From Myxococcota bacterium (GTDB taxonomy: Bacteria > Myxococcota_A > UBA796 > GCA-2862545): a stretch of 64,000 nt of DNA. Position numbers and translations under genes: made by a program. Of the stretch, positions 27,532-36,010 are shown piece after piece (positions within the stretch are counted from its first letter, which is position 1; the number at the start of each line of letters is the position of its first letter). The stretch lies in contig OZ245034.1 in the NCBI GenBank assembly GCA_965224055.1, positions 8,182,762-8,246,761 of the forward strand, in the 5' to 3' direction. The notes beneath the pieces were generated by a model. The model was not told the origin of the DNA and made no database searches. It saw only the letters and a list, made by a program, of their open reading frames with translations.

Positions 27532-28483
27532 TGGTCTGCGCGAGGATCTGGTCGGGCTGGCCGTCCGGCAGGTCGTTGCCGGTTCCGAAGTCCAGGGACT
27601 CCACGCAGCTCGCCGGCGAGGCCTCGTCGCAGTCGTAGGTCGCGATCAGCACCAGCACGTCGTTCTCGAGGATGCGTCGCTCGGCGATGGCCCAGCGCTT
27701 CTCCTCCCAGGTCCACGACTCCCGACTGAAGGGCTCGTCGTTCACGAAGGTCTCGAGCAGCGTCGGACGGCCGTGCTCGTCGCGGGCCCAGCGTTCCTCA
27801 CGGACGTCGTCCACCTCCCCGTCGGCGCCGATCTGAGTGAGCTTTCGGCTCAGCAGGCGGTCGGAGTTCTCCCACCAGGACTGCTCGGTTTCGGTGCGGG
27901 CCTCGGATCCGACCGTCGAGACGGTGCGATTCAGGAGGCGGTCCCGCGAATCGTACGCGAAGGTCGACTCCCGCGTCTGGTCGGGCTCTGCGCTGGGGTC
28001 GGCCAGCGCGCCCAGCTCGTCCCAGCGCTGCTCGACCTCGGCGGTCCGGCGACCCCGGCGTTCCCGGCCGTTCGGATAGGTCGGCTCGAAGGTGAAGATC
28101 TCGTTGAAGAAGGGCTCGGAGGGGGCCGCGCTGTCGACGATCAGGGTGTCTTGCTCGAGGACGTCGCCGTACCGGTCGCAGGTGCGCTCCACGTCCACGA
28201 TCCGGTCTGCACCGGACGCTGCCGCACCCTCGTCGACCGAGGATTCCAGGACGGCGCAGTCGTCCTCCCAGGTGAGGTCGATCTCGAAGGCGCGGGCATC
28301 GGCGTCGATGGTCCGGCGCACGATGCGGCCCTCGCGGTCGGTGGTCTCGACCCGCAGCTCGTCTTCGACGCCGTCGGCATCGAGGTCGATCGACGTGGTG
28401 ATCGTGCAGTCGGACAGTGCGGGCTCGCGAACGGAGCTGCAGGCCGTGGCCGCCAGGAGCAGGAGCAGGGCAGGGGACTTCAT
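27518..28483 (-). CDS. Cys-rich lipoprotein, paralog 1 of a tandem triplicated family (unknown function)
   Basis: Lipobox LLAATAC. Conserved family motifs WEDDC, TCDRYGD, FxPTYPN, RDEHGR and C-terminal C..C...TC. Confidence 0.65.
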   Translation of the reverse strand: MKSPALLLLLAATACSSVREPALSDCTITTSIDLDADGVEDELRVETTDREGRIVRRTIDADARAFEIDLTWEDDCAVLESSVDEGAAASGADRIVDVERTCDRYGDVLEQDTLIVDSAAPSEPFFNEIFTFEPTYPNGRERRGRRTAEVEQRWDELGALADPSAEPDQTRESTFAYDSRDRLLNRTVSTVGSEARTETEQSWWENSDRLLSRKLTQIGADGEVDDVREERWARDEHGRPTLLETFVNDEPFSRESWTWEEKRWAIAERRILENDVLVLIATYDCDEASPASCVESLDFGTGNDLPDGQPDQILAQTITCR

Positions 28484-28491
28484 GCCGGCTC

Positions 28492-29418
28492 CTATCCCGG
28501 GCAGTCGTACTCGACGGTGCGACGGGTCTCGGGGCTCCCGTCCGGCGGGTTGATGCCCCGGCCGATGTCGATGTCGATTTCGCAGGTCGTGAGGGGTCCA
28601 GGCTCACAGGTCCAGCTCTCGGTCTCGTGGAGCATGCCGTCCTGGGTGGTCCGTCGGGAGATCGGGGCCCAGCGGTCGGCTTCCCAGGTGGTGATAGTCT
28701 CGGTGAGATCGACGGACTGCTCGGTCTCGACCTCCACGCGCCCGTGCCGGTCGCGCTGCCACTCCCATTCCTCGGCGGCGGTGTTGCCGCCGAACGACAC
28801 CGTGTGGGTGGTGGGCAGCGACGTGTCTCGCCACCAGCTCCAGGCAAGCGTCGTGGTGAAGCCGTCGAGCCGTCGCGATTCGTGAACGAGCCGGTTCCGT
28901 CGGTCGTATTCGTAGTCCCGGTACTCGGTGCTGCCCGGGTCGGGCCAACCGTATGGAGGTCCGTACACCTCCTGGCCGCCAATGGGGCCGAGCACCTCGT
29001 TCTCGCTCTCGACCCGATCGCGCTGGCGGCGCGCCTCGGGATCGTCGGGGTACGTCGGGAAGTACTGCGTGAACGAGCGTTGCGCCACGGCGTCGTTCAC
29101 GAGGGTCTCGACGTCCACGACGCCGGGATCTCCGAACCGATCGCAGCGCCGTACCACGGTCTGGATCTCGGTGGGACCGCCGTCGTCCGTCGTTGCCACC
29201 TCCAGGACGGGGCAGTCGCCGTCCCAGGTGGTCGTCACCTCAGAATCCCGGGTCAGGTCCGCGCTGTCGAAGGCGGTCCTCCGAAAGGTCTCGCGGCCCG
29301 CTGGATGCCCGGGCAGGCTGCCGATCTTCAGTCGCAGTCGGATTCGAGGATGCGGAGCTGATCGGCGAACCCGTCGATGGCCTCGCCGGTGGGGCTCTGA
29401 TCGACCGCCACCTCGCAC
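28492..29418 (-). CDS. Cys-rich protein, paralog 2 of the triplicated family (5' end uncertain; no signal peptide or in-frame canonical start after the upstream gene stop)
   Basis: Shares WDGDC, RCDRFGD, FPTYPD and RDRHGR motifs with paralogs 1 and 3. The ORF's N-terminal ~30 codons overlap paralog 3 and look non-coding. Confidence 0.45.
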   Translation of the reverse strand: MRGGGRSEPHRRGHRRVRRSAPHPRIRLRLKIGSLPGHPAGRETFRRTAFDSADLTRDSEVTTTWDGDCPVLEVATTDDGGPTEIQTVVRRCDRFGDPGVVDVETLVNDAVAQRSFTQYFPTYPDDPEARRQRDRVESENEVLGPIGGQEVYGPPYGWPDPGSTEYRDYEYDRRNRLVHESRRLDGFTTTLAWSWWRDTSLPTTHTVSFGGNTAAEEWEWQRDRHGRVEVETEQSVDLTETITTWEADRWAPISRRTTQDGMLHETESWTCEPGPLTTCEIDIDIGRGINPPDGSPETRRTVEYDCPG

Positions 29419-30350
29419 CGTTCCCAGGGAGCGCTGCTGCTGCCGTCGCAGAACCAGTGTTCGGCCTGCGTGACGGTGCCGTCGAAGGCGAAGGTGCGGT
29501 CGATCGGCGCGGAGCGTGCGGGTTCCCAGCGGGTCTCGATGCGCACGGTCGGACCGTCGATCGACTCGTCCTGTTCGACCAGAACGCGGTCGTGTTCGTC
29601 GCGCACGAGGGTCTCGCGGGCCAGGACCTCGGTCTCGTCGCCGTTCCAGCGCGTGCGGATCGTGGTCCGATCGGCGTACTCGGTGGTGGTGATGGTCGTT
29701 CCGCCGAGGCTGTCTTCACGGACGAATCGCACCCTCCGGCCCTGGTCGTCGAGGATCCAGGTGTCGTCGAAGGTGCGCGCCACCTCGTCCGGCTCGGCGT
29801 CCCACCCCGGCCATTCTCCGCTGATCTCGGTGAGCTGTCCGGTGCGCGGCGTGTTCGCATCGGGGTAGCGGGGCGTCACCTCGGAGAACTCGATGTAGTC
29901 GAGCTCGCCGTCGGATTGGTACGACGCGTGGTCCAGCTGGAGGAGGTCGCCGAAGCGGTCGCAGGTCTGCAGGGTCTCTTCGCGCAACACGTCCTGCGGA
30001 CCGTCGGTCGACCAGACGCGCTCCTCGGTCCGGCAGTCGTCCTCCCAGCGGATCTCGGCTCGCGAGCCGCTCGAGTGGGTGCTGAGCACGAGGCGACCGT
30101 CGCTGTCGTACGTCTCCTCGAGCTCCTCGTCGATCTCCCCGTCCAGATCCCGGTCGAAGCGGGTGCGAATCGAGCGACGGTCGTCCCCGTCGGTGCCGAA
30201 TTGGGGCCCTTCACCGCCGATTCGCGAGGGGAGACCTAAGCGAGATAGTGCCAACCGAGGGCGGAACGACCGAGGGCGGAGGCCGAGAATCGGCCGGAGG
30301 TAAAGGAATCGTGCACCCGGCGCGCTCCTGTGCGGGAGGTTCGGGTGCAT
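29328..30350 (-). CDS. Cys-rich protein, paralog 3 of the triplicated family (possibly 5'-disrupted)
   Basis: WEDDC, TCDRFGD, YPDAN, RDEHDR and C-terminal ESDCD motifs. The first ~45 codons have poor codon usage. A lipoprotein signal peptide is encoded in another frame just upstream. Confidence 0.5.
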   Translation of the reverse strand: MHPNLPHRSAPGARFLYLRPILGLRPRSFRPRLALSRLGLPSRIGGEGPQFGTDGDDRRSIRTRFDRDLDGEIDEELEETYDSDGRLVLSTHSSGSRAEIRWEDDCRTEERVWSTDGPQDVLREETLQTCDRFGDLLQLDHASYQSDGELDYIEFSEVTPRYPDANTPRTGQLTEISGEWPGWDAEPDEVARTFDDTWILDDQGRRVRFVREDSLGGTTITTTEYADRTTIRTRWNGDETEVLARETLVRDEHDRVLVEQDESIDGPTVRIETRWEPARSAPIDRTFAFDGTVTQAEHWFCDGSSSAPWERCEVAVDQSPTGEAIDGFADQLRILESDCD

Positions 30351-30399
30351 CGACCGCTGGGGTGGGCGTGCATCCGATGAGCAGGTGGATCCAGAGCAT
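30211..30399 (-). pseudogene. Orphan lipoprotein signal-peptide ORF (MLWIHLLIGCTPT...) out of frame with paralog 3; candidate frameshift remnant
   Basis: A good signal plus lipobox is followed by about 130 nt of low coding potential containing a direct repeat CCGAGGGCGGA x2 (plus strand about 30253-30285) before the paralog 3 frame becomes codon-biased. Confidence 0.3.
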
Positions 30400-30499
30400 G
30401 TTCCTCGCCTCGTGGCGTTCGACGACTACCATCAGGGTAGCGGATGATCGTGGGTGTGGTGGAGCAGGGCCGGCGTTAACGCTCTGCAGGAGGTGATCC

Positions 30500-31300
30500 G
30501 TGCGCTCCAGCCTGTTCCTGGTCCCGGTGTTGTCACTGCTGATCCTGTCCGACGCCCTCGCAGCCGACGACGCGGACGAACCCGCGGATCCGCCCGTCCC
30601 CGCCGGGACGAAAGAGGATCCGGTCCCCATGTCGTTCGAAGAGCTGACCCTCACGCGCGACCGCTCTCCGTCCTACCCGATGAAGCCCTCGGGTCCCTCG
30701 GCGTGCATCGCGACGCTCCTGGTCGACGAGAACGGGCGGATCACGATCGAGGACGTCGCGGCAGACGAAGGCAGCAAGTGCCAGAAACCCATCCGAGCCG
30801 CGATCGAAGAGGCCGTGGCGCGCTGGGGATTCGAGTCTCCGATGCGCGATGGCGACAAGGTCTACGCCCGCGTGCCGGTGCCGTTCACGTTCGACGGAGC
30901 GTCGGGTGCATTGCTGAAGAGCGAGAGCGACGAGGTGCTCGGCAAGCTGTTCCGCTCGTACGAAGCGGAGTCCGGAGAGGGGTCCGGGGCCTGCACGCTG
31001 TCGATGGAGGTCTTCGCCGACGGAGACGTCACGAATCGCCGCACCGACGACCGCTACAACTGCCTGGCCCTGCCCGCCGGCAAGCCCCCGAAGAAGCTGT
31101 ACAAGAAGCTGAAGGGCGACGCCGAGACCTGCATGGTGTCGCTGGACGCGGTCGAACGCGAGGCCACGAACATCACGTCGGAATGTGGCGATCTGGACGC
31201 GTTCGTGCCCGACCTGCTGAAGAGCTGGTCGTTCAACGGAACGAAGGACGGACGGCCTTACCGTCTCGCCCTTCGATTCAGCACGTCTCGCGACGAGTAG
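30500..31300 (+). CDS. Secreted protein with TonB C-terminal-like domain
   Basis: Signal peptide. The segment SPSYPMKPSGPSACIATLLVDENGRITIEDVAADEGSKCQKPIRAAIEEAVARWGFESP resembles the TonB-C fold (YP...G.V.V...VD.NG.V..V....S.....AA..AV..W.F.P). Confidence 0.55.
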   Translation: MRSSLFLVPVLSLLILSDALAADDADEPADPPVPAGTKEDPVPMSFEELTLTRDRSPSYPMKPSGPSACIATLLVDENGRITIEDVAADEGSKCQKPIRAAIEEAVARWGFESPMRDGDKVYARVPVPFTFDGASGALLKSESDEVLGKLFRSYEAESGEGSGACTLSMEVFADGDVTNRRTDDRYNCLALPAGKPPKKLYKKLKGDAETCMVSLDAVEREATNITSECGDLDAFVPDLLKSWSFNGTKDGRPYRLALRFSTSRDE

Positions 31301-31322
31301 CCGGGATTCACCGTCGAGACAT

Positions 31323-32678
31323 TCAGCCCGGCGGCAGCGGAGGCGGACCGCCACTCCCGAGCTCGGATGCGATCTCGGGGACGTCGGCGGGCGCCTTCCA
31401 CCCGTCCCAGCCGTTCTGCCAGACGTGGTGCTTGCCATCGGGGTCGGCGCTGACGGCCTGAACCACCTGCTCGAGCGTCATCTCGCCCGACCCGCCGGAC
31501 CCGTTGTAGTGGTACTTCGCGCCAGCGCCCGGAAGCGGGGGAGGTGCAGCGGCGGGAGGGGGAACCTGCCCGGCGATCTCGGGGACGTCCTTCCAGGACT
31601 TCCAGCCCGACCAGCCGGCCTGCCAGACGTTGTGGGCACCATCGCGATCGGCGCTGATCGCCGCGACGATCTGCTGGAGCGACTTCTCGCCCTGACCCGC
31701 GGGGCCCGCGTAGTGGTAGCTGGCGGCCTGGGGCGGAGGAGGCGGCGCGGGTGGACCCCCGCCCTGCATGCCCTGGTTGGGGTTGAACTGGCCTCCGCCT
31801 CCGTTCATGGCGCGGCCCATCTGGTTGCCCATCATGTTGCCCATGCCGAATCCGACGCCCATGCCGATGCCGGCGCCCCCGATCCCGGGGTTCTTGGCGG
31901 CGGTCTCGATGGAGTCGGCGGCCTTCATCTGGGTGTAGGCGTTGAGGTCGCCCAGCATCCCCATCTTGGAGCGGTCGTCCAGCGCCTTCTCGACGGCCTC
32001 GGGCAGGCTGATGTTCTCGATCACGAAGTCGGTGATGGAGATGCCGTACGCATCGCTCATCTTGCCGCTCATGCTGGACTTCAGCGACTCGCCGAACTCC
32101 ATGTAGGACGCTGCGAGGTCGAGGATCGGGATCTTGCTGGCCCCGACCTCGGATGCGAAGGCGGACTGCAGCTTCTTCTTGAGCTGACCGTTGATCTCGT
32201 CGGTGGTGAACAGCCCGTCTGTGCCGACGACCTGGCGCAGGAACTCTGCGGGGTCGGTGATGCGGTAGCTGTAGTTTCCGAAGGCGCGGATCCGCACGGG
32301 GCCGAACTCGGCGTCGCGCAGCATGATCGGGCGCGGGGTGCCCCAGCCGTTGTCCATGAACTGGCGCGTGGAGCAGAAGTAGATGTCGCCCTTGTAGGGG
32401 TACTGGAACTGGTACGCGATGCTCTTGAAGAACGACATGATCGGCGTGTTCTTCGTGTCGAGCGTGTACGTTCCGGGCCCGAAGACGTCGGACAGCTGGC
32501 CCTCGGCGACGAAGACGGCAGCCTGGCCTTCGCGTACGACGAGCTTGCTGTTGTCGGTGATGGCCTGGTTGAACACGGGGAATCGCCAGACGAGCGTGTC
32601 GTTGGTGTCGTCCAGCCACTCGACCACGTCGAGGAACTGCGCTCCAGCGTGTTGCTTCAGCATGTTCCACAGACCCAT
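31323..32678 (-). CDS. SPFH/band-7 domain protein with two C-terminal DUF4339 (GYF-like) repeats
   Basis: Start ATG with RBS GGAGGTG. Gly/Met-rich linker. Duplicated segment YHY(A/N)G...(L/M)(S/T)LEQ(I/V)V.A(I/V)SAD(R/P)DG.H.VWQ.GW.GWK...VPEI. Confidence 0.8.
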   Translation of the reverse strand: MGLWNMLKQHAGAQFLDVVEWLDDTNDTLVWRFPVFNQAITDNSKLVVREGQAAVFVAEGQLSDVFGPGTYTLDTKNTPIMSFFKSIAYQFQYPYKGDIYFCSTRQFMDNGWGTPRPIMLRDAEFGPVRIRAFGNYSYRITDPAEFLRQVVGTDGLFTTDEINGQLKKKLQSAFASEVGASKIPILDLAASYMEFGESLKSSMSGKMSDAYGISITDFVIENISLPEAVEKALDDRSKMGMLGDLNAYTQMKAADSIETAAKNPGIGGAGIGMGVGFGMGNMMGNQMGRAMNGGGGQFNPNQGMQGGGPPAPPPPPQAASYHYAGPAGQGEKSLQQIVAAISADRDGAHNVWQAGWSGWKSWKDVPEIAGQVPPPAAAPPPLPGAGAKYHYNGSGGSGEMTLEQVVQAVSADPDGKHHVWQNGWDGWKAPADVPEIASELGSGGPPPLPPG

Positions 32679-32809
32679 TGTCACCTCCGTGCCACGCCAT
32701 TCTCTGATGGGGTGGCCAACCCGTTCGTGCATCCGCACTGTTCACCGTACTGTGCACACGCGTCGGGGCTTCGGAAAGGGTGCCCGCCACGCGAAACGCA
32801 GATTAACGG

Positions 32810-33418
32810 TTGGGGCGAGGGAAGGGACAACTGGAAGCGATCGATCAGGTGGTGGAACGGCTGTCGGCTCCGGCGTGGCTGGGTCTGACCGCGATCGCCG
32901 TGGTCGGCTCGGTGGCCGGTACGGTCTGGGCCGTCGGTGCGGCAGACCTGTTTCTGGGCGGGCTCGCGATGGTGTCGGGGGCCTCTGGAGTGGGTGCGGC
33001 CATGCGCAGTCGGACGATCGCGCGGCTTCCTCTCGAGCTCGCTCCGGTGGTGGCGCGAAGCACGGGAGGACGCGAACCCACCCTCACCGTGCGCGGCTGG
33101 CTCGGACGGGGACGCCGCATCGATGGGGTGTCCGCCGAGGTGGTGTTCGAAGGCGCGGAGGACGTCGATCTGCACGTGTGGGTGCCGCCCACTCCCCTGG
33201 TGGGGCGCTTTCACCTCGTGCTCACGGGCCTCCCCGAGGATCACGATGCGCGCTCGCTCCGGGTCGTGGTCCGGGTCTCGGGGGCCGACGGCGAGCAGGT
33301 GGCGTCCCGCACGTACGGGTCGTCGGACCGGGCGGATGGGCGATTCGCACCAGGAATCGCACTCCAGCCCGGGGTTCGCTGGTCACGGGGGGAGTGGGCG
33401 CACGTCGAGCCCGGCTGA
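32810..33418 (+). CDS. Hypothetical membrane protein
   Basis: Two N-terminal hydrophobic helices. High GC3. No recognised domain. Confidence 0.45.
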   Translation: MGRGKGQLEAIDQVVERLSAPAWLGLTAIAVVGSVAGTVWAVGAADLFLGGLAMVSGASGVGAAMRSRTIARLPLELAPVVARSTGGREPTLTVRGWLGRGRRIDGVSAEVVFEGAEDVDLHVWVPPTPLVGRFHLVLTGLPEDHDARSLRVVVRVSGADGEQVASRTYGSSDRADGRFAPGIALQPGVRWSRGEWAHVEPG

Positions 33419-33421
33419 CGC

Positions 33422-34381
33422 TCACCAGATGTCGATCGACCGCGATCGCTCGTCTTCTTCCCGGCCACTCGCGGTGGCGCGGTACATCCCGCCCGAGTTG
33501 AAGGGCATCACGACCGTGCCGGACGGGTCGATGGCGATCAGACCGCCCGATCCGCCCAGCTCGCGGACCTCTTCGAGCACCTGGGTCGCTGCGGCGGCGA
33601 GGGACAGGCCCGACAGCTCGACCAGATCGCTGACCCGATGGGATGCGGCCACCCGGATGAACGGCTCGCCGTGACCGGTCGCTGCGACGGCACAGGTGCG
33701 GTTCCACGCCCAGGTCCCCGCCCCGATCACCGGGGTGTCGCCCACGCGTCCGGCCCGCTTGTTGGCCATCCCGCCCGTGCTGTTCCCGGCGGCGAGGGTG
33801 CCCTGCAGGTCGAGAGCGACGGCGCCCACGGTCCCCACCGCTCCGTCTTCCGAGGGGGTGTCCTGGTCGACGGTGTCATGATCGAGGACGACGTCGCCCG
33901 TGCGTCGCACCCGCTCGAGCTGGGCGACCCGATGGGGGGTGACGAAGAACGCCGGCTCCACCTGCTCCAGACCCTGATCCCGTGCCCAGGCATCGGCCCC
34001 TGGACCCGCCAGGAAGACGTGCAGCCCGTCGTCGAGCACGGCGCGGGCGAGTCGGACGGGGTTGCGGGTGGTGCGGCACGCGGCAACGGCACCGGCACGG
34101 CGGTCTCCGGACATCACCGCGGCGTCGAGCTCGGCCTGACCGTGCGCGGCCAGCACGCTGCCCCGACCCGCGTTGAAGTGCGGCCACTCCTCGAGGGCCA
34201 CGATGGTCTCGGTGACGGCGTCGAGAGCGGATCCACCCCGGGTCAGCACGGCGATTCCGGCGTCGAGCGCGGCGTCCATGCCCGCGGTCGCGCGTGCGAT
34301 CTCGTCGTCGGACAGGGAGTTTCGGGCGATCAACCCCGCGCCGCCGTGCAGGGCGAGGGACCAGGTCCGGGGCGAGGTCAT
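33422..34381 (-). CDS. Isoaspartyl peptidase / L-asparaginase (Ntn-hydrolase, plant-type)
   Basis: LALHGGAG start, GRGSVL, autoproteolytic-site TVGAVALD and GTWAWNRTCAVAATGHGE motifs. Start at the internal ATG (MTSPRTW). Confidence 0.85.
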   Translation of the reverse strand: MTSPRTWSLALHGGAGLIARNSLSDDEIARATAGMDAALDAGIAVLTRGGSALDAVTETIVALEEWPHFNAGRGSVLAAHGQAELDAAVMSGDRRAGAVAACRTTRNPVRLARAVLDDGLHVFLAGPGADAWARDQGLEQVEPAFFVTPHRVAQLERVRRTGDVVLDHDTVDQDTPSEDGAVGTVGAVALDLQGTLAAGNSTGGMANKRAGRVGDTPVIGAGTWAWNRTCAVAATGHGEPFIRVAASHRVSDLVELSGLSLAAAATQVLEEVRELGGSGGLIAIDPSGTVVMPFNSGGMYRATASGREEDERSRSIDIW

Positions 34382-34414
34382 GGTGAGCCGGGATCCTGCG
34401 GTGTACGGTTCGAC

Positions 34415-36010
34415 ATGGCTGATAACCCTGCTGCCGGCGCCCTCGCGCTCCTCGGACTCGCACTGTGCAGCCCGGGTGTGTTCGCGGTCGAGGGCGACGT
34501 CGAGCCCACGTTCATCGGGGGATTCGACGGTCACGACCCGTTCGAGCTCGTGCGGGTCGAGGATCCCGACCACCCTGATGCGATCGTGCGCTCCAGCACG
34601 GGTTCGGTGCTGCTCGGCCCTCCGCAGCCCGGTGTGGCGTGGCGACGCGAGCCCATCGCCGAGATCGATCAAGACGACCAGGAGACCGGGGCGCCGGGGT
34701 TGTCTCCGGCATTCGAGCTGCTCGAGGTCACCAATGCCGACCTGTGGCACGCCGAAGGCCACCGGGGTGCGGGCGTGCGCATCGCGGTGTTCGATCCGGG
34801 CTGGAACACGGCGAGTGCCGAAGAGCTGGGTGCGTACACCACCCACGACTGCGTGGCGACCCAGAGCTGTGCGGTGCCGTTCGACCCCTTGCGACAGGAC
34901 GGCAAGCACGGCGTGGGGTGTGCCGAGGTGATCCGCGATCTGGCTCCAGAAGCCGAGCTGTTCCTGGTTCGAACCGGCTCGTTCACGTCCTTCGAGAACG
35001 GGGTCGACTGGGCGATCCGCAACGACATCGACATCATCAGCATGTCGGTGAGCTTCTACAACGACAGCTTCCACGATGGGACGGGGCCGTTCGACCCGCT
35101 GCTGCACCGCCTCGAAGCTCACGACATCCTGCTGGTGACGAGTGCCGGGAACACCTCCCGGGAACACTGGCAGGGGCGATTCACGGACGCGGACTTCGAT
35201 GGCCGGATGGACTTCGACGGCTCGAATCGCCTGCTGTTCGACATGAACCAGGGGGATCGGCGTCGGGTGAACCTGAACTGGGATCAGCACTTCGACTGCG
35301 GAGCGACCGATCTCGACCTGGTCGTCACCGACCTCCAGGGCGACATCCTGGCGCGCTCCGAAGACGTGCAGTCCCGCGATGCGGATCGCTGCGAGCCCGT
35401 CGAAGCCCTGCGGTTTCCGGCGCTGGTGCCCGGACGGTACGCACTGGAGGTCCACCACGCGGGGGGCGCGCTGGGCGACCTCGATCTGGCGCTGCTCGCC
35501 CGAGGGGGCGCGTTCGTGGAGCCCGTGCGTGCGCACAGTGTCACCGTTCCGGCCGACCACCCCCTCTCGGTCGCGGTGGGGGCGGTGCGGGCAGACCTCT
35601 ACCAGACCTCGCCCACCGAGTCGTTCTCGAGCTGGGGCCCCAACAATGCCGGGCATGGCAAGCCGGACATCGCGGGTCCGGATCGGTTGAGCACCCTCAC
35701 GTACGGGGCCCAGGGCTTCTCGGGGACCAGCGCCTCGACGCCCGCTGTGGCCGGGTTGATCGCGATCCGGATGTCGGCCGCGGACGAGACCCCACGCCAG
35801 GCGTTCGAGTGGCTGCAGGTCCACGCGCTGTCCGACGTTCCCGGGTGGTCTCTCGATCCTGCTCTGGGCGCCGGTCGCGCGCGTCTCCCCGACCCGTACC
35901 CCACGGCCCGCGAGGCGATGGGATGCGGCGAACGACCTCTGTGGATGTCGCTGTGCCTTCCCCTGTTCCTGGTGCCCGCGTGGCGACGGCGGGTACGATG
36001 CGGTCGATGA
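34415..36010 (+). CDS. Subtilisin-like serine protease (S8) with MYXO-CTERM-like C-terminal sorting tag
   Basis: Catalytic triad context D (AVFDPGW), H (HGVGCAEV) and S (GTSASTPAVAG). C-terminus AMGCGERPLWMSLCLPLFLVPAWRRR. Start at the internal ATG with signal peptide. Confidence 0.85.
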   Translation: MADNPAAGALALLGLALCSPGVFAVEGDVEPTFIGGFDGHDPFELVRVEDPDHPDAIVRSSTGSVLLGPPQPGVAWRREPIAEIDQDDQETGAPGLSPAFELLEVTNADLWHAEGHRGAGVRIAVFDPGWNTASAEELGAYTTHDCVATQSCAVPFDPLRQDGKHGVGCAEVIRDLAPEAELFLVRTGSFTSFENGVDWAIRNDIDIISMSVSFYNDSFHDGTGPFDPLLHRLEAHDILLVTSAGNTSREHWQGRFTDADFDGRMDFDGSNRLLFDMNQGDRRRVNLNWDQHFDCGATDLDLVVTDLQGDILARSEDVQSRDADRCEPVEALRFPALVPGRYALEVHHAGGALGDLDLALLARGGAFVEPVRAHSVTVPADHPLSVAVGAVRADLYQTSPTESFSSWGPNNAGHGKPDIAGPDRLSTLTYGAQGFSGTSASTPAVAGLIAIRMSAADETPRQAFEWLQVHALSDVPGWSLDPALGAGRARLPDPYPTAREAMGCGERPLWMSLCLPLFLVPAWRRRVRCGR

